A stretch of DNA of 64,000 bases from an uncultured Verrucomicrobiae bacterium (GCA_963702845.1 OY969763.1:4512001-4576000); one strand, 5' to 3'; positions 18,943 through 29,201 are shown, counted from the first letter of the stretch. The notes: generated by a model from the sequence alone, not told the origin. Numbers and translations are program-made.

Positions 18943-20943
18943 TCAACTATTAACCCGACTCAACGGTTGGACTTTCAGCTGTTCCAAAGCCCGAAACATT
19001 TCACGAGCAGACGCATAACGCCCCTTCGGGTCCGGATAACAGGCCTTCAGCACAACCCTATTTAGCAGAAAAAAATCGGTCGGATCCGTGTCACCGAGAA
19101 GCGTCTCAGGCAGCTCGGGAAACAACGAAGTGCTATGCCCCGTGCTGATGACGTAGAGCACCATTCCCAATGCATAAATGTCGGCGGCAGGAGTGCCAGG
19201 CATTTCCGGCGCAGGCGGCATATAACCCGGCGTGCCCACGGCGGTGCGTTCTTGATCGGAAGGCCTTATGTTGGTGATGAGCCCGAGATCAGCGAGTTTC
19301 GGCTGGCCGTTCACGAATAAAATATTCTGCGGTTTGATATCGCGGTGAGTCAGCCCCGAGCGATGAATGAAGTCGAGCGCGTCGCTCAAGATCATGCCGA
19401 TGCGAATACATTCTTCGATTGGGAGCCGTTTCTGCGGGGCGAGCGAACAGATACGTTTCAAATCCTTCGGCATGTAATCGCCAGGAGACTTTTCCCAACC
19501 AGGTTCGAGGCCATCACCCAATTCCATGATGCAAAAAAAGTGCGTCGCCATCTTTTCGCTCACGAACCCGACCCGCAACAGTCCCGGATGCTTATCGCAA
19601 ATCGCCCGATAACGAGTGACACCTTCGTGTTCGCGATCGTAAGGCCCGTGATCGTTTTCGAATCCTTCCAAGGAAACGACTTTAACAGCGCGCCATTCCC
19701 CTTGTTTATTCCGTGCCAACCAGACTTTGCCGTAGGCACCGTTAGCAAACGGCGGTTCGACCAAGTGGTAACCGGGAATTTCAAGTGATGGTTCTCTCCG
19801 CGTCGATTGTTGTTCCTCGACGATGACATCAGGGTGATCTCCACGCGACGCGACGAAAGTCCAGACGATCGCAACCGGTAATTGTCCCACGACGATCAGC
19901 ATCCACGGAAACCAATAATTCGTCGTCGCTGTGAGCGTGACCGCAAGAGTGAAGATAACAATACTTGCCGCGACCGCGCCAACACAGGCAGGCAGAAAAC
20001 GCAATCGCGGCAGCACCGCTCCGAACGCCAGACCACAAAAGAGCAGCGCGAACATCTCCATCCGAGACCACCGATAAAGTGATTCGTGATTCAGTAAATT
20101 GAGAAATTCCGTGATGAGCAATTCCGTGCCGGAGGTAGATTCGCCCGTCCAATGGCTGTAAGGAGTGAGGAACTTGTGTGCTGCGTTAACCGGGGCCGAA
20201 TCCCTTGGCATCACACCGATGAAAACGAGTTGCTCGTGGAAAAAGTTCGCCGGCTGTTTTAGAGCGAGATGGTAGCTGATTCGCGTCCAGTGCGGTTGCT
20301 GGCCATAGTAGCGGAGCCATCGCTCGTGCGGCCCGTCGGCGAGGTCCGCGCCAGCAGTCCGCGCCGCAGTTTCGGCCAGGCTCGGGTAGTCACCGGGCGA
20401 AGGAAAAGGAGAATGACGACGCACAATACCGTCTGGATCTGGATCCATCCCCGAAACACCCCAATTTTTTCCCGACGCAGTAAGAAAAGGGTTGGCCGCC
20501 AAAACAGGCCGCCTGCCGCTGAAATTCGTTGTGATCGGACTCGTAAGCCCAGCCCTTAGCGCGATCTCGTGATGCCGCTTTATGGCGCGCCCGAGGTCCT
20601 GATCTTTTTCTGGATCGCTTCCTTTACCGAAATACAGGTCCATGACAACGACCGAGCAGTTGTCGACTGCTAATTTGTCCAATATTTGCGCGTGCAATCC
20701 GCGGTCCCAATTTATGCCACGTTTTTGATGGAGCGCGTCGTACGACTCGTTATCCATCATGATGAACGTAACCTTGTTAGCAATCGACCGGCTACTGAAC
20801 AGAAATAGGCTGTCGTAACTGTGATTAATCAGTGGCGTGCCCAATGACGTCTTCCAGAGCACCAACCCGCAAAGCACCGTCAGCACCGCGCCGATTGCGG
20901 ATCGGACAGCCTTCCTGCGTCTTGTGCTGTTGTTGCTCAACAT
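18943..20943 (-). CDS. CHASE2-domain transmembrane Ser/Thr protein kinase
   Basis: WDRGLHAQILDKL and DPDGIVRR (CHASE2), 3 TM segments, GAYGKVW, AVK, HRDIKPQN, DLG, GTPGY, DIYALG. Confidence 0.88.
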   Translation of the reverse strand: MLSNNSTRRRKAVRSAIGAVLTVLCGLVLWKTSLGTPLINHSYDSLFLFSSRSIANKVTFIMMDNESYDALHQKRGINWDRGLHAQILDKLAVDNCSVVVMDLYFGKGSDPEKDQDLGRAIKRHHEIALRAGLTSPITTNFSGRRPVLAANPFLTASGKNWGVSGMDPDPDGIVRRHSPFPSPGDYPSLAETAARTAGADLADGPHERWLRYYGQQPHWTRISYHLALKQPANFFHEQLVFIGVMPRDSAPVNAAHKFLTPYSHWTGESTSGTELLITEFLNLLNHESLYRWSRMEMFALLFCGLAFGAVLPRLRFLPACVGAVAASIVIFTLAVTLTATTNYWFPWMLIVVGQLPVAIVWTFVASRGDHPDVIVEEQQSTRREPSLEIPGYHLVEPPFANGAYGKVWLARNKQGEWRAVKVVSLEGFENDHGPYDREHEGVTRYRAICDKHPGLLRVGFVSEKMATHFFCIMELGDGLEPGWEKSPGDYMPKDLKRICSLAPQKRLPIEECIRIGMILSDALDFIHRSGLTHRDIKPQNILFVNGQPKLADLGLITNIRPSDQERTAVGTPGYMPPAPEMPGTPAADIYALGMVLYVISTGHSTSLFPELPETLLGDTDPTDFFLLNRVVLKACYPDPKGRYASAREMFRALEQLKVQPLSRVNS

Positions 20944-21043
20944 GGGGGCTCGCTGCGAATAATACAGGCGCCGCCGCAAAAGGCAGGTTTTTTTGGTGAA
21001 TCAAAGAAATTGCCAAACCACTGTGAATTGAGATAACTACATT

Positions 21044-21667
21044 ATGCCCGACAGCAGCGACGAGTTAATCCCTACCCGCGCCTCGTTGCTGGCACGCATT
21101 AAAAATCTCGACGACCACGAAAGCTGGCAGGATTTCTTCGATACCTATTGGAAACTCATCTACGGCGTCTGCATCAAACGCGGATTGACTCCGCCGGAAG
21201 CTCAGGACGTTGTGCAGGAAACGATGTGCGCGGCGGTAAAACACATGCCGAACTTCAATTACGACCGTACCGTCGGCACGTTCAAAGCCTGGCTCCTCAC
21301 TATGGCCCGTTGGAGAATCGCCGACCAATTCCGCAAACGTTCGCCTGTCAAAAACCTGCCGTCAGTCGCTCGGGTTGATAGCGATGTCGTTCTGGAAAAC
21401 ATTGCCGATAATTCCAACGAGGACTTCGATGCGATGTGGCACGAACAATGGGAGCAAGCCCTTTTCGACGCTGCCCTTGTGAAAACACGCCGTAAAGTGG
21501 ATCCACAAAACTTCCAGATTTTTGACTTGCTCGTCAAACAGCGCCTGTCTCCGGCCAAGGTCGCCGAAGATTTCCACATGTCCGTCAACAGCGTCTACCT
21601 GGTCAAACACCGCATCACCGAAGAAATTAAATCCGAAGTGGAACGGCTCAAACAACGGGTGATTTGA
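21044..21667 (+). CDS. ECF-type sigma-70 factor, divergent from the kinase
   Basis: TRASLL N-terminus, WQDFFDTYWKLI, EAQDVVQE, FKAWL, region 4 HTH. Confidence 0.9.
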   Translation: MPDSSDELIPTRASLLARIKNLDDHESWQDFFDTYWKLIYGVCIKRGLTPPEAQDVVQETMCAAVKHMPNFNYDRTVGTFKAWLLTMARWRIADQFRKRSPVKNLPSVARVDSDVVLENIADNSNEDFDAMWHEQWEQALFDAALVKTRRKVDPQNFQIFDLLVKQRLSPAKVAEDFHMSVNSVYLVKHRITEEIKSEVERLKQRVI

Positions 21668-21771
21668 TTCAAGATAAAGCCAGGGACGCTAGGCGGGCCG
21701 CTCCGATCGTTTTCGCATCGCAAAAACTTTTTTCACTTTTTCTGAAAGATTTCGCGCGGCGCTCCGTAATG

Positions 21772-21929
21772 CTTATGTGGGCCATCGCTTATCCGCTGCC
21801 GCATCGGGTGCGAGCAGTCGGTCTCGGGGAAGCGCATTACCCCACAATTTTGCAAACACGTTTGGTATAACGGTACCGTGTTGCAACCGGGTTCGGGAGC
21901 TGTTGCGTGGATACGCAACAGCAATTTTT
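21772..21929 (+). ncRNA. Candidate structured sRNA with its own terminator
   Basis: Nested stems tgtggg/cccaca, cgctt/aagcg, ctgc/gcag; ttgcaaacacg/cgtgttgcaa; 10-bp terminator stem plus T-tract. Confidence 0.45.
21899..21929 (+). terminator. Intrinsic terminator
   Basis: GCTGTTGCGT-ggat-ACGCAACAGC then aattttt. Confidence 0.7.
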
Positions 21930-22015
21930 CTCCTTCATCGTCACCCCGGTCCCATTTTTCCATTGCACGGGTGCTGACACACTTGATATTCTTCGCTACC
22001 AACCAATTGCAGGAT

Positions 22016-22333
22016 ATGATTTCCAACGAACGTCCCTCACCTTTCGCCCCACGCCCCCAGCGTCCGCAGTATAGTCCCTCTTCGTACCAAGGTAGCTATT
22101 CAAAACCGCCGAGCCAGGACACAACTATCAAGACCGAGCGCCTTCAAGTGGAACGTAAAACCTTCGTTATTTCATTAAAGGAAAACGACCGCGGCCGGTT
22201 CCTGCGCATCGTCGAAGAATCCAACGGCCATCATGATATGATCATCGTGCCAGCAGCGGGCCTCGAAGATTTCAGCAAGATTCTTTCCGAAATTGTCGCG
22301 CATCCCGGCAAAGAAGAAGGTGGTAACGCCTAA
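22016..22333 (+). CDS. PUR/PurA-family single-stranded nucleic-acid-binding protein
   Basis: ERKTFVISLKENDRGRFLRIVE...IIVPAAGLEDF; upstream TTGCAC-18-TATTCT promoter-like site. Confidence 0.8.
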   Translation: MISNERPSPFAPRPQRPQYSPSSYQGSYSKPPSQDTTIKTERLQVERKTFVISLKENDRGRFLRIVEESNGHHDMIIVPAAGLEDFSKILSEIVAHPGKEEGGNA

Positions 22334-22354
22334 TACGGATTCGCTTGCGATTGC

Positions 22355-22795
22355 CTACGGCGCAATCTTGTCGCTCACCCATTGGCGGGCTGTGTTAAAG
22401 CCGTCCTTGGACGAATCGTAAGCTGATTTGAAACCGGTCTTCACGCTTTCCCACGTCGATTCACTGGCTGCTTTGACTTTGTCCAACTGCACACTCAACT
22501 GACCCTGCTGCGCCCGCAACGCCTCAAGCTTCGGTTTCGCTTCCGCTTTCACCTGCGCACTGGAACTTTCAATTTTCGCGGATAGCTGGTCCAAATCTTT
22601 TTTCAAAGCGTCCAACTGCTCTTGCATCTTTTTCACGAACGCGTCCTTCTGCGCGTAGCTGTAATCCTTCATGTCCGCCGCAGCCTGCTTCGTGTCGCTC
22701 TCGACTTTGTCGAGTTGTTTGGAAGTGCTGTCGTTGTTACAGCCGACGACCAATCCAACACTCGCAACCAATGGCAAAAGAATTTTTATTTTCAT
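22355..22795 (-). CDS. Helical coiled-coil lipoprotein
   Basis: Lipobox VVGC; K/E/A-rich helical body with WESVKTGF. Confidence 0.75.
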   Translation of the reverse strand: MKIKILLPLVASVGLVVGCNNDSTSKQLDKVESDTKQAAADMKDYSYAQKDAFVKKMQEQLDALKKDLDQLSAKIESSSAQVKAEAKPKLEALRAQQGQLSVQLDKVKAASESTWESVKTGFKSAYDSSKDGFNTARQWVSDKIAP

Positions 22796-22860
22796 AAGCA
22801 AAAATTGTCTCTGCCCATCATATTTGAGCGGAAGCCCTTCAGCCATTTGTTTTTGAGCAG

Positions 22861-23577
22861 CTACTCCGAACTTTTGCTATCCAGAGCGTGTAAAAAACGA
22901 TTCCCCCGCGGAAGCCAGTGATGATTTTTATCAACCGAGATAACCACGTCAGTTGCTTTCCCTACGATTCGGCGGCGCTCGACCATCCCGAAATAACGCG
23001 AATCAAAACTATTGTCCCTATTATCGCCCATCATGAAATAGTGACCTTCAGGCACGGTGACCGGCCCGAAATTCCGTTTCGCGGGAAGACCAGCCACCGC
23101 CATCACCGCATGCGCGTGTTCGGGCAACCGTTCCGTGGCGAATTGACTCTGGCGCTGATCAGCCTGCGTCAACTGAGCCGAGACATCTGCGCTCAACCCA
23201 CCGTAACCAACAGGTCGACCGTTTATCACCAACTGCTCATCGCGTAACTCAATCACATCTCCCGGCAAACCAATCACCCGTTTCACGAGGCGTATTTCAT
23301 CGTGCGGCGAGAAAAACACGACAATGTCCCCGCGATTCGGATTTGCCCATTCCACCAGATGCCATGTCGTGAACGGGACCTTTAGGTCGTAGGCCAGCTT
23401 GTTCACGAACACGCGATCCCCTTCCAAAATCGTCGGCTTCATCGACCCGGTCGGCACATCGTTCCAATCAGCCAGCGACGAACGGACGGAAAAAACGACA
23501 ATCGTTAAAATGAGCAGCGAACGAAGGTCCTTCTGCCAAACTCGCCGCGCACGAGAGCGCCATGGTTCAGTTCTCAC
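22861..23577 (-). CDS. lepB: Signal peptidase I
   Basis: PTGSMKPT (catalytic Ser), VKRVIGLPGD (Lys), MGDNRDNSFDSRYFG. Confidence 0.92.
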   Translation of the reverse strand: MRTEPWRSRARRVWQKDLRSLLILTIVVFSVRSSLADWNDVPTGSMKPTILEGDRVFVNKLAYDLKVPFTTWHLVEWANPNRGDIVVFFSPHDEIRLVKRVIGLPGDVIELRDEQLVINGRPVGYGGLSADVSAQLTQADQRQSQFATERLPEHAHAVMAVAGLPAKRNFGPVTVPEGHYFMMGDNRDNSFDSRYFGMVERRRIVGKATDVVISVDKNHHWLPRGNRFLHALDSKSSE

Positions 23578-23675
23578 GCTACCTTTGACAACCAGTTGTG
23601 AAAATCGTTCACCTCAATCATGGCAAGACGCCGCGCCGATTCATTCAGTGTGCTGAGCCAATTGAAAAAAGCGCG

Positions 23676-25004
23676 TTAAGCTTTGGCGATTTCCGCCCCG
23701 TTCGCCTGGATCTTGCGAATCGCTTCGGCGATCTGGTTCATGTCATCGCGCGGGCCGAGCAATTGGGATTGGCTCAACCGCACATTCTCGGAACAGAGAA
23801 CCTTGTTCTGCGGACATTCACAGTGCGCCGCGAAACGTTCGAGTGTGTCCTTGGAATAGAGGCGTTGATAGTGTCGATTCTTCAGCAGATTCTGGATGTG
23901 TACGCCTTGCGGCATGTGCACGTAACCACCGGCGCAATCAATGCCCTCCTTGTCGAGCGCTTGCATGAACTTGTCGCGGCTCAACCCGGCAAAATGCTCG
24001 GGCTTATAACGGAAGGCGTAGAGATGATACGCATGACGCGTGCAGCCTGGATATGAACGTTGCGGCAGAATTCCGGGAATCTCCTTCAGCATTGAGTCGA
24101 GATACTTTGCGTTTTCGGTTCGGCGTTTGGCCTGTTCTTCGATACGCGTCATTTGCGCTTGGAGCAATGCGCCTTGGAACTCCGTCATGCGCAGGTTCGC
24201 GCCGCGCGTATAATGATGTTCGAACTTCGCGCCTTTGGCTCCACCCTGGTTCTGGAAACCTTCGCACAACATCGCGAAATCGTCATCGTTCGTCAGAATC
24301 GCGCCGCCTTCGCCGGAGTTGAGATTTTTGCTCGCCTGAAAACTGAAGCAGCCCGCCGTGCCCCACGTCCCAACCATTTTCCCACGCCACTCGGCAAGGT
24401 GCGATTGGCAGGCGTCTTCGATGACGGGAATGTTGTGCTTCTTCCCGATTTCCAAAATTTTGTCCATGTCGCAGCAATTGCCACCGAGATGCACGGGCAT
24501 AATTGCTTTTGTGTTCGGCGTGATCGCGGCTTCGATCTTATCGGCGTCGATCTGCGAGGTCGCTACATCGATGTCCACGAAGATAGGCAACGCGTAGTGC
24601 ATCGTGATCGCGTTGTAGGTCGCGACGAACGTGTATGGCGGCAGAATGACTTCGTCGCCGGGCCCGATATTCAGCGCGCCGAGCGTGGTCAAAAGCGCAG
24701 TCGTCCCGCTGCTGGTCGCGACACAATGTTTCGCACCAGCTCGCGTGGCGTAGGCTTTTTCAAATTTCGCAACTTGATTACCGCCGTATCGAAACCACTT
24801 GCCGCTGCGAAGCGCAGTAAGAATCGCCTTGTCTTCAACCTCGTTGAAGACCGGCCATGACGGCCAGCCCTCGGTGCGGACAGGATTGCCGCCCAGGATT
24901 GCGGGACGCGCGGTAGATGTGGAAACGCTGGGTGAATTGGCGCCGAACAGGCTGAAACCTACTCCGGCAGCCGCCGAGGTCGCGAGGAATTCTCTTCGGT
25001 TCAT
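23676..25004 (-). CDS. DegT/DnrJ/EryC1/StrS PLP-dependent aminotransferase with a twin-arginine signal
   Basis: MNRREFL; SSGTTAL, IEDACQ, FSFQASKNLNSGEGG, NLRMTEFQ. Confidence 0.9.
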   Translation of the reverse strand: MNRREFLATSAAAGVGFSLFGANSPSVSTSTARPAILGGNPVRTEGWPSWPVFNEVEDKAILTALRSGKWFRYGGNQVAKFEKAYATRAGAKHCVATSSGTTALLTTLGALNIGPGDEVILPPYTFVATYNAITMHYALPIFVDIDVATSQIDADKIEAAITPNTKAIMPVHLGGNCCDMDKILEIGKKHNIPVIEDACQSHLAEWRGKMVGTWGTAGCFSFQASKNLNSGEGGAILTNDDDFAMLCEGFQNQGGAKGAKFEHHYTRGANLRMTEFQGALLQAQMTRIEEQAKRRTENAKYLDSMLKEIPGILPQRSYPGCTRHAYHLYAFRYKPEHFAGLSRDKFMQALDKEGIDCAGGYVHMPQGVHIQNLLKNRHYQRLYSKDTLERFAAHCECPQNKVLCSENVRLSQSQLLGPRDDMNQIAEAIRKIQANGAEIAKA

Positions 25005-25135
25005 AGGACGGACCGCTTCGGTTGTGAAGCGAAAGATATTCTCCGTCGCTGCCAAACGATGTCGAGCGAAGAATTGCTCCACAAAAACCGCGCGACTATT
25101 TTGCAGCGGTGGTGTTTACTTCTGAACGCAGCACT

Positions 25136-26167
25136 ATGAACACGCAAAAGACCCCACTGGTGCAAAAATTAAGCCTCGTGATGCTCGTGCTGATCTTCGG
25201 CTGTTTGGTGCTGATGCTCATGTATGGTCGCAAGCAAATCGAAAGCTTGCGTGAGGGACCGCCTGTCTCAGCTTCTTCCAATTCCACGTCGAATGACGAC
25301 GCGTCGATTCGCCGCGCTTACCCTTCCATGCGTAGTTCAAAAACTCCGCCGTTGGCAAAAGTAGTTGAGCCCGAAGGAGCGAAATCGGCGCCTCCAGCTG
25401 CGCCTGCGCCAGCAACTGTCGAAACTCCCATCGCCGCGGAACAGCCCGCAACCGTTCTGCCCGTCGCAACCGCGACCGAAACACCCGAAGGCCTGAGCGC
25501 CGAACCGGGGATGTCGGGTCGGGTTTTCTTAACTGGCACTCCGCCTGCCGAAACTCCAATTAGGTTCGACGCGACCTGCGGTAGCTTCCATCCGCGGCGC
25601 GCCACAACCACGCGTTATGTCGTCTCGCGTGACGGCGGGTTGGCAAATGTTTTTGTTTATATTTCGAAAGGTGCAGAAAAATTGAAAGTTCAGCCAGAAG
25701 TCGCGCCGATTTTGCTCGAGCAAAAAGATTGCATGTATCAGCCCTACGTTCTCGGAGCGATGGTCAATCAACCGATCCAGATCAAAAACTCCGACCCAAT
25801 TTTGCACAATGTCCATGCTCTGCCAAAACGTGGGGACGAATTCAACTTTGCGCAACCACTCCAGGGCCAAGTCGACGAACACTCATTCTCCAAGCCGGAA
25901 CTGTTTATCAAAATCAAATGCGACGTGCACGATTGGATGCTCTCTTACGTCAGCGTTTTGTCGCACCCGTTCTTCGCTGTTACTGATACGAATGGTTTTT
26001 TCCAGCTACCTAGTGGTTTGCCGCCGGGAAAATACGAGATCACTTCTGCGCACCTGAAGGCAGGAACGGCCAGCCAAACGATCCTATTGAAGAACAACAA
26101 TAACGTCCGTCTCGATTTCCGACTCCCCGTCACTGGGAAACCTTGGACGGCTCTGACGGCGCCCTAG
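25136..26167 (+). CDS. Membrane-anchored protein with cupredoxin-like and carboxypeptidase-regulatory-like domains
   Basis: N-terminal TM; QKDCMYQP, NSDPILHNVH, KCDVHDWM, HPFFAVTD. Confidence 0.75.
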   Translation: MNTQKTPLVQKLSLVMLVLIFGCLVLMLMYGRKQIESLREGPPVSASSNSTSNDDASIRRAYPSMRSSKTPPLAKVVEPEGAKSAPPAAPAPATVETPIAAEQPATVLPVATATETPEGLSAEPGMSGRVFLTGTPPAETPIRFDATCGSFHPRRATTTRYVVSRDGGLANVFVYISKGAEKLKVQPEVAPILLEQKDCMYQPYVLGAMVNQPIQIKNSDPILHNVHALPKRGDEFNFAQPLQGQVDEHSFSKPELFIKIKCDVHDWMLSYVSVLSHPFFAVTDTNGFFQLPSGLPPGKYEITSAHLKAGTASQTILLKNNNNVRLDFRLPVTGKPWTALTAP

Positions 26168-26182
26168 CGAAATCGCAACGGC

Positions 26183-26332
26183 TCAAATCCGGCGTTTGCG
26201 TTCAGGCCGCGGATTGTCTGTCAGAATCGTTCCGTCCTCGCGCTCGCCTGCGTTGCGTTTTATGTAGACGTAGAAGCCCCATATCGCCAGCAACGCAACA
26301 ATCCCAACAGGTATGATCCAAAAAAAATCCAT
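26183..26332 (-). CDS. Small single-TM protein (49 aa)
   Basis: Below cutoff: MDFFWIIPVGIVALLAIWGFYVYIKRNAGEREDGTILTDNPRPERKRRI. Confidence 0.6.
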   Translation of the reverse strand: MDFFWIIPVGIVALLAIWGFYVYIKRNAGEREDGTILTDNPRPERKRRI

Positions 26333-26343
26333 AAATTATGCGT

Positions 26344-26445
26344 TCACCCGATGCCGTTGATTCCATCACCAGGCAGACCGAAAACATATTCCACTCCCCC
26401 AGTCAGAAGCACCTGTATCAGAACATCACCACTGGTTGTCGCCAT
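26344..26445 (-). pseudogene. 33-codon N-terminal remnant of a TPP-dependent pyruvate oxidase-like enzyme
   Basis: AGGAGG RBS, then MATTSGDVLIQVLLTGGVEYVFGLPGDGINGIG*; FGLPGDGIN is the TPP-enzyme N-terminal motif. Confidence 0.65.
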
Positions 26446-26512
26446 GCACCCTCCTAATAAAGAACATTAATGCGAACGGCTGCTTTGCAATCGGCAAATC
26501 CCTGAAACTACC

Positions 26513-26541
26513 GGTCAGGGCGCATCGCTCCGCGCGCGCCG
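26513..26541 (+). repeat. REP copy (RAYT-flank family)
   Basis: ggtcagggcgcatcgctccgcgcgcgccg. Confidence 0.75.
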
Positions 26542-26628
26542 CATTAAGCAATGTCCATGTCCCTACGGCGTCGGCACATTGCAATTGACTGCCACCCCGC
26601 AAAGGAGTGCAATCGCTCCGGAGGGGAA

Positions 26629-27381
26629 ATGAAAAGAAATCTTCTTTCGAATCGAGGCTTCAGCACTCTTGAGCTTGCCATTGTTGTGGGACTGTTCGCG
26701 GTCCTGATCGTCGTTATTCTGCCAGCCCTCCGGCCAAAGCCTCGCCGAACATCGTCAAAGATTCAGTGCATCAATAATCTTCACCAAATAGGCACTGGTT
26801 ATCGAATCTGGTCGGGAGACAACAATGACAAGTGTCCACAGGAGTTTTTCACTGTGAGCACGAACGTCGGTTGGGGTGAGTTCGCAAAATTAACCAATGC
26901 AGGGACCTACTGTTGGAGCAACTATTGCTTGATGGAAAACGAATTTGGTCGGTCTCCCAGAGTGCTCAATTGTCCATCCGACGACCGCAGCCCTGTTACG
27001 AACTTCAATTCGCTAAAAAACCAAAACATGTCGTATTTTTTTGGTGCTGGGGCCAACGACAACTTCCCTTTGTCGATTCTTGGCGGGGATCGAAATCTTG
27101 CGCTGGGCTCAACGCCGAAAAACGATTATGGTTTCTCGCCGAAAGATGGAAAGGGCAACGACGTCATTTTGGGAACCAACTCGCCAGTTTGTTGGTCGTT
27201 AAAGATGCACTCGGCTGGATACGCAGTTGGTGAAGGAAACATTCTTCTCGGCGACGGCAGCGTCCAACAATGCAGCAGCGCCCGCTTTCGCAGTGATTAC
27301 CAGGCCTACGCCGTCGACTCCGGCAATTTCCCGGCAGGCTATGAAAACCAAAGCAACTCCTTCCGTCTCATCTTTCCATAG
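26629..27381 (+). CDS. Prepilin-type N-terminal cleavage protein with an H-Xn-DG C-terminal motif
   Basis: RGFSTLELAIVV, CINNLHQIG, CPSD, H...GNILLGDGSV. Confidence 0.85.
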   Translation: MKRNLLSNRGFSTLELAIVVGLFAVLIVVILPALRPKPRRTSSKIQCINNLHQIGTGYRIWSGDNNDKCPQEFFTVSTNVGWGEFAKLTNAGTYCWSNYCLMENEFGRSPRVLNCPSDDRSPVTNFNSLKNQNMSYFFGAGANDNFPLSILGGDRNLALGSTPKNDYGFSPKDGKGNDVILGTNSPVCWSLKMHSAGYAVGEGNILLGDGSVQQCSSARFRSDYQAYAVDSGNFPAGYENQSNSFRLIFP

Positions 27382-27523
27382 TGCCGGTCCTGATCGGTTA
27401 ATTATCGAATCCGTGTTTCGTCCGTGTTCAATCGGTGGCCAAAAAAGCTTAGAAAAAATAGCACTGGCGAACACGCCACTCTCTTGTCATGGTACGACTT
27501 CAATCTGAATCGAATTTGATTTT

Positions 27524-28979
27524 ATGGACACTCAAGCTGACATCGGTCTGATCGGGCTCGCCGTCATGGGCCAGAACCTCGTCCTCAACATGAACGACCA
27601 CGGCTTCACCGTCGCTGTCTTCAATCGCACCGTTTCCAAAGTGGACGAATTTCTCAACAACGAAGCCAAAGGCACCAAAGTCATCGGCGCACATTCCATC
27701 GAAGAATTGGTCGCCAAACTCAAACGGCCACGCCGCGTCATGCTGCATGGTCAAAGCCGGCGCGCCCGTCGACGAATTCATCGAGCACCTCCTGCCGCAC
27801 CTGGAAAAAGGCGACATCATCATCGACGGCGGCAACTCGCTTTTCCAGGACACCGAACGCCGCGTCAAATATGTCGAATCGAAGGGCCTGCAATTTATCG
27901 GCACCGGCGTCAGCGGCGGTGAAGAAGGCGCGCGCAATGGCCCATCCATCATGCCCGGCGGTTCGCCCGATGCCTGGCCGCACGTCAAAGATATTTTCCA
28001 GGGTATTGCCGCGAAAGTGGACAATGGCGTCCCCTGTTGTGATTGGGTGGGCGACGGTGGCGCTGGTCACTACGTCAAGATGGTCCACAACGGCATCGAA
28101 TACGGCGACATGCAGGTTATCGGCGAAGCGTATCAATTGATGCGCGACGGTCTCGGCATGACCGCCGATGAAATGTCGCAGGTCTTCGCCGAATGGAACA
28201 AGAGCGAACTCGATTCCTACCTCATCGAAATCACCGCGAACATTTTGAAATTTAAAGACGCCGACGGCCAACCGATCGTCGACAAGATCCTCGATACTGC
28301 CGGCCAAAAAGGCACCGGCAAATGGACGGTCATCAACTCCGCCGAGCTCGGCATCCCGATCACCTTAATCGCCGAAGCCGTTTATGCCCGTTGCGTTTCC
28401 GCGCTGAAAGACGAACGCGTCACGGCTGCAAAAAAACTGAAAGGTCCGCAAAAGAAAATCAGCGGTGACCGCGCCAAGTTCATCGAAAACATCCGCCTCG
28501 CTCTTTACGGTTCGAAAATCATTTCTTACGCGCAGGGCTACATGCTCATGCGCGCCGCAGCCAAAGAATACAAGTGGGACCTTAACTACGGCGGCATCGC
28601 CTTGATGTGGCGCGGCGGTTGCATCATTCGCAGCCGTTTCCTCGGCAATATCAAAAAAGCTTACGACAATGATCCGAAGCTGACCAATCTGCTGCTCGAT
28701 AAATTTTTCCGCGGCGAAATCAAAAAGTGCCAACGCGGCTGGCGTAACGTCGTTGCCATGGCCGCGAAGAAAGGCATTCCGACACCCGCCTTTTCCACCG
28801 CGCTCAATTTCTACGACAGCTACCGTTGCGAGAACTTGCCGGCGAATTTGCTGCAGGCCCAACGCGATTATTTCGGCGCGCATACTTACGAGCGTCTGGA
28901 CAAACCGCGCGGCGAATTCTTCCACACCAATTGGACCGGACACGGAGGCACAACGGCATCCGGCACCTATACGGTCTAG
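27524..28979 (+). CDS. gnd: NADP-dependent 6-phosphogluconate dehydrogenase, one apparent frameshift at about 27746
   Basis: [50 protein letters not shown]; extra C in atg ctg C atg gtc. Confidence 0.95.
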
Positions 28980-29201
28980 GAAGGCGGCGCGTTGTGGGTC
29001 CGGTTTGCGCGTTTACGCGCCCCTCTCAATGCGCACCTATTGAAGGACATGGTCGGCGATGCCGCTGTGGAATCGTTCGAACGTTACGTTGGATCCAAAC
29101 CACGCTTCGAAGTTCCCGATCTAAATTCTCGAAAAAAACACCGCGAACTTGTGCAGACTTAGGGGACGCCGGCGGGCGCGAGTTACGTTCAGGCTGCGTC
29201 T

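Noticed and set aside
27740..27750. Programmed frameshifting in gnd, parE or mreB
   Set aside because: No slippery heptamer or common context; indel error is more parsimonious
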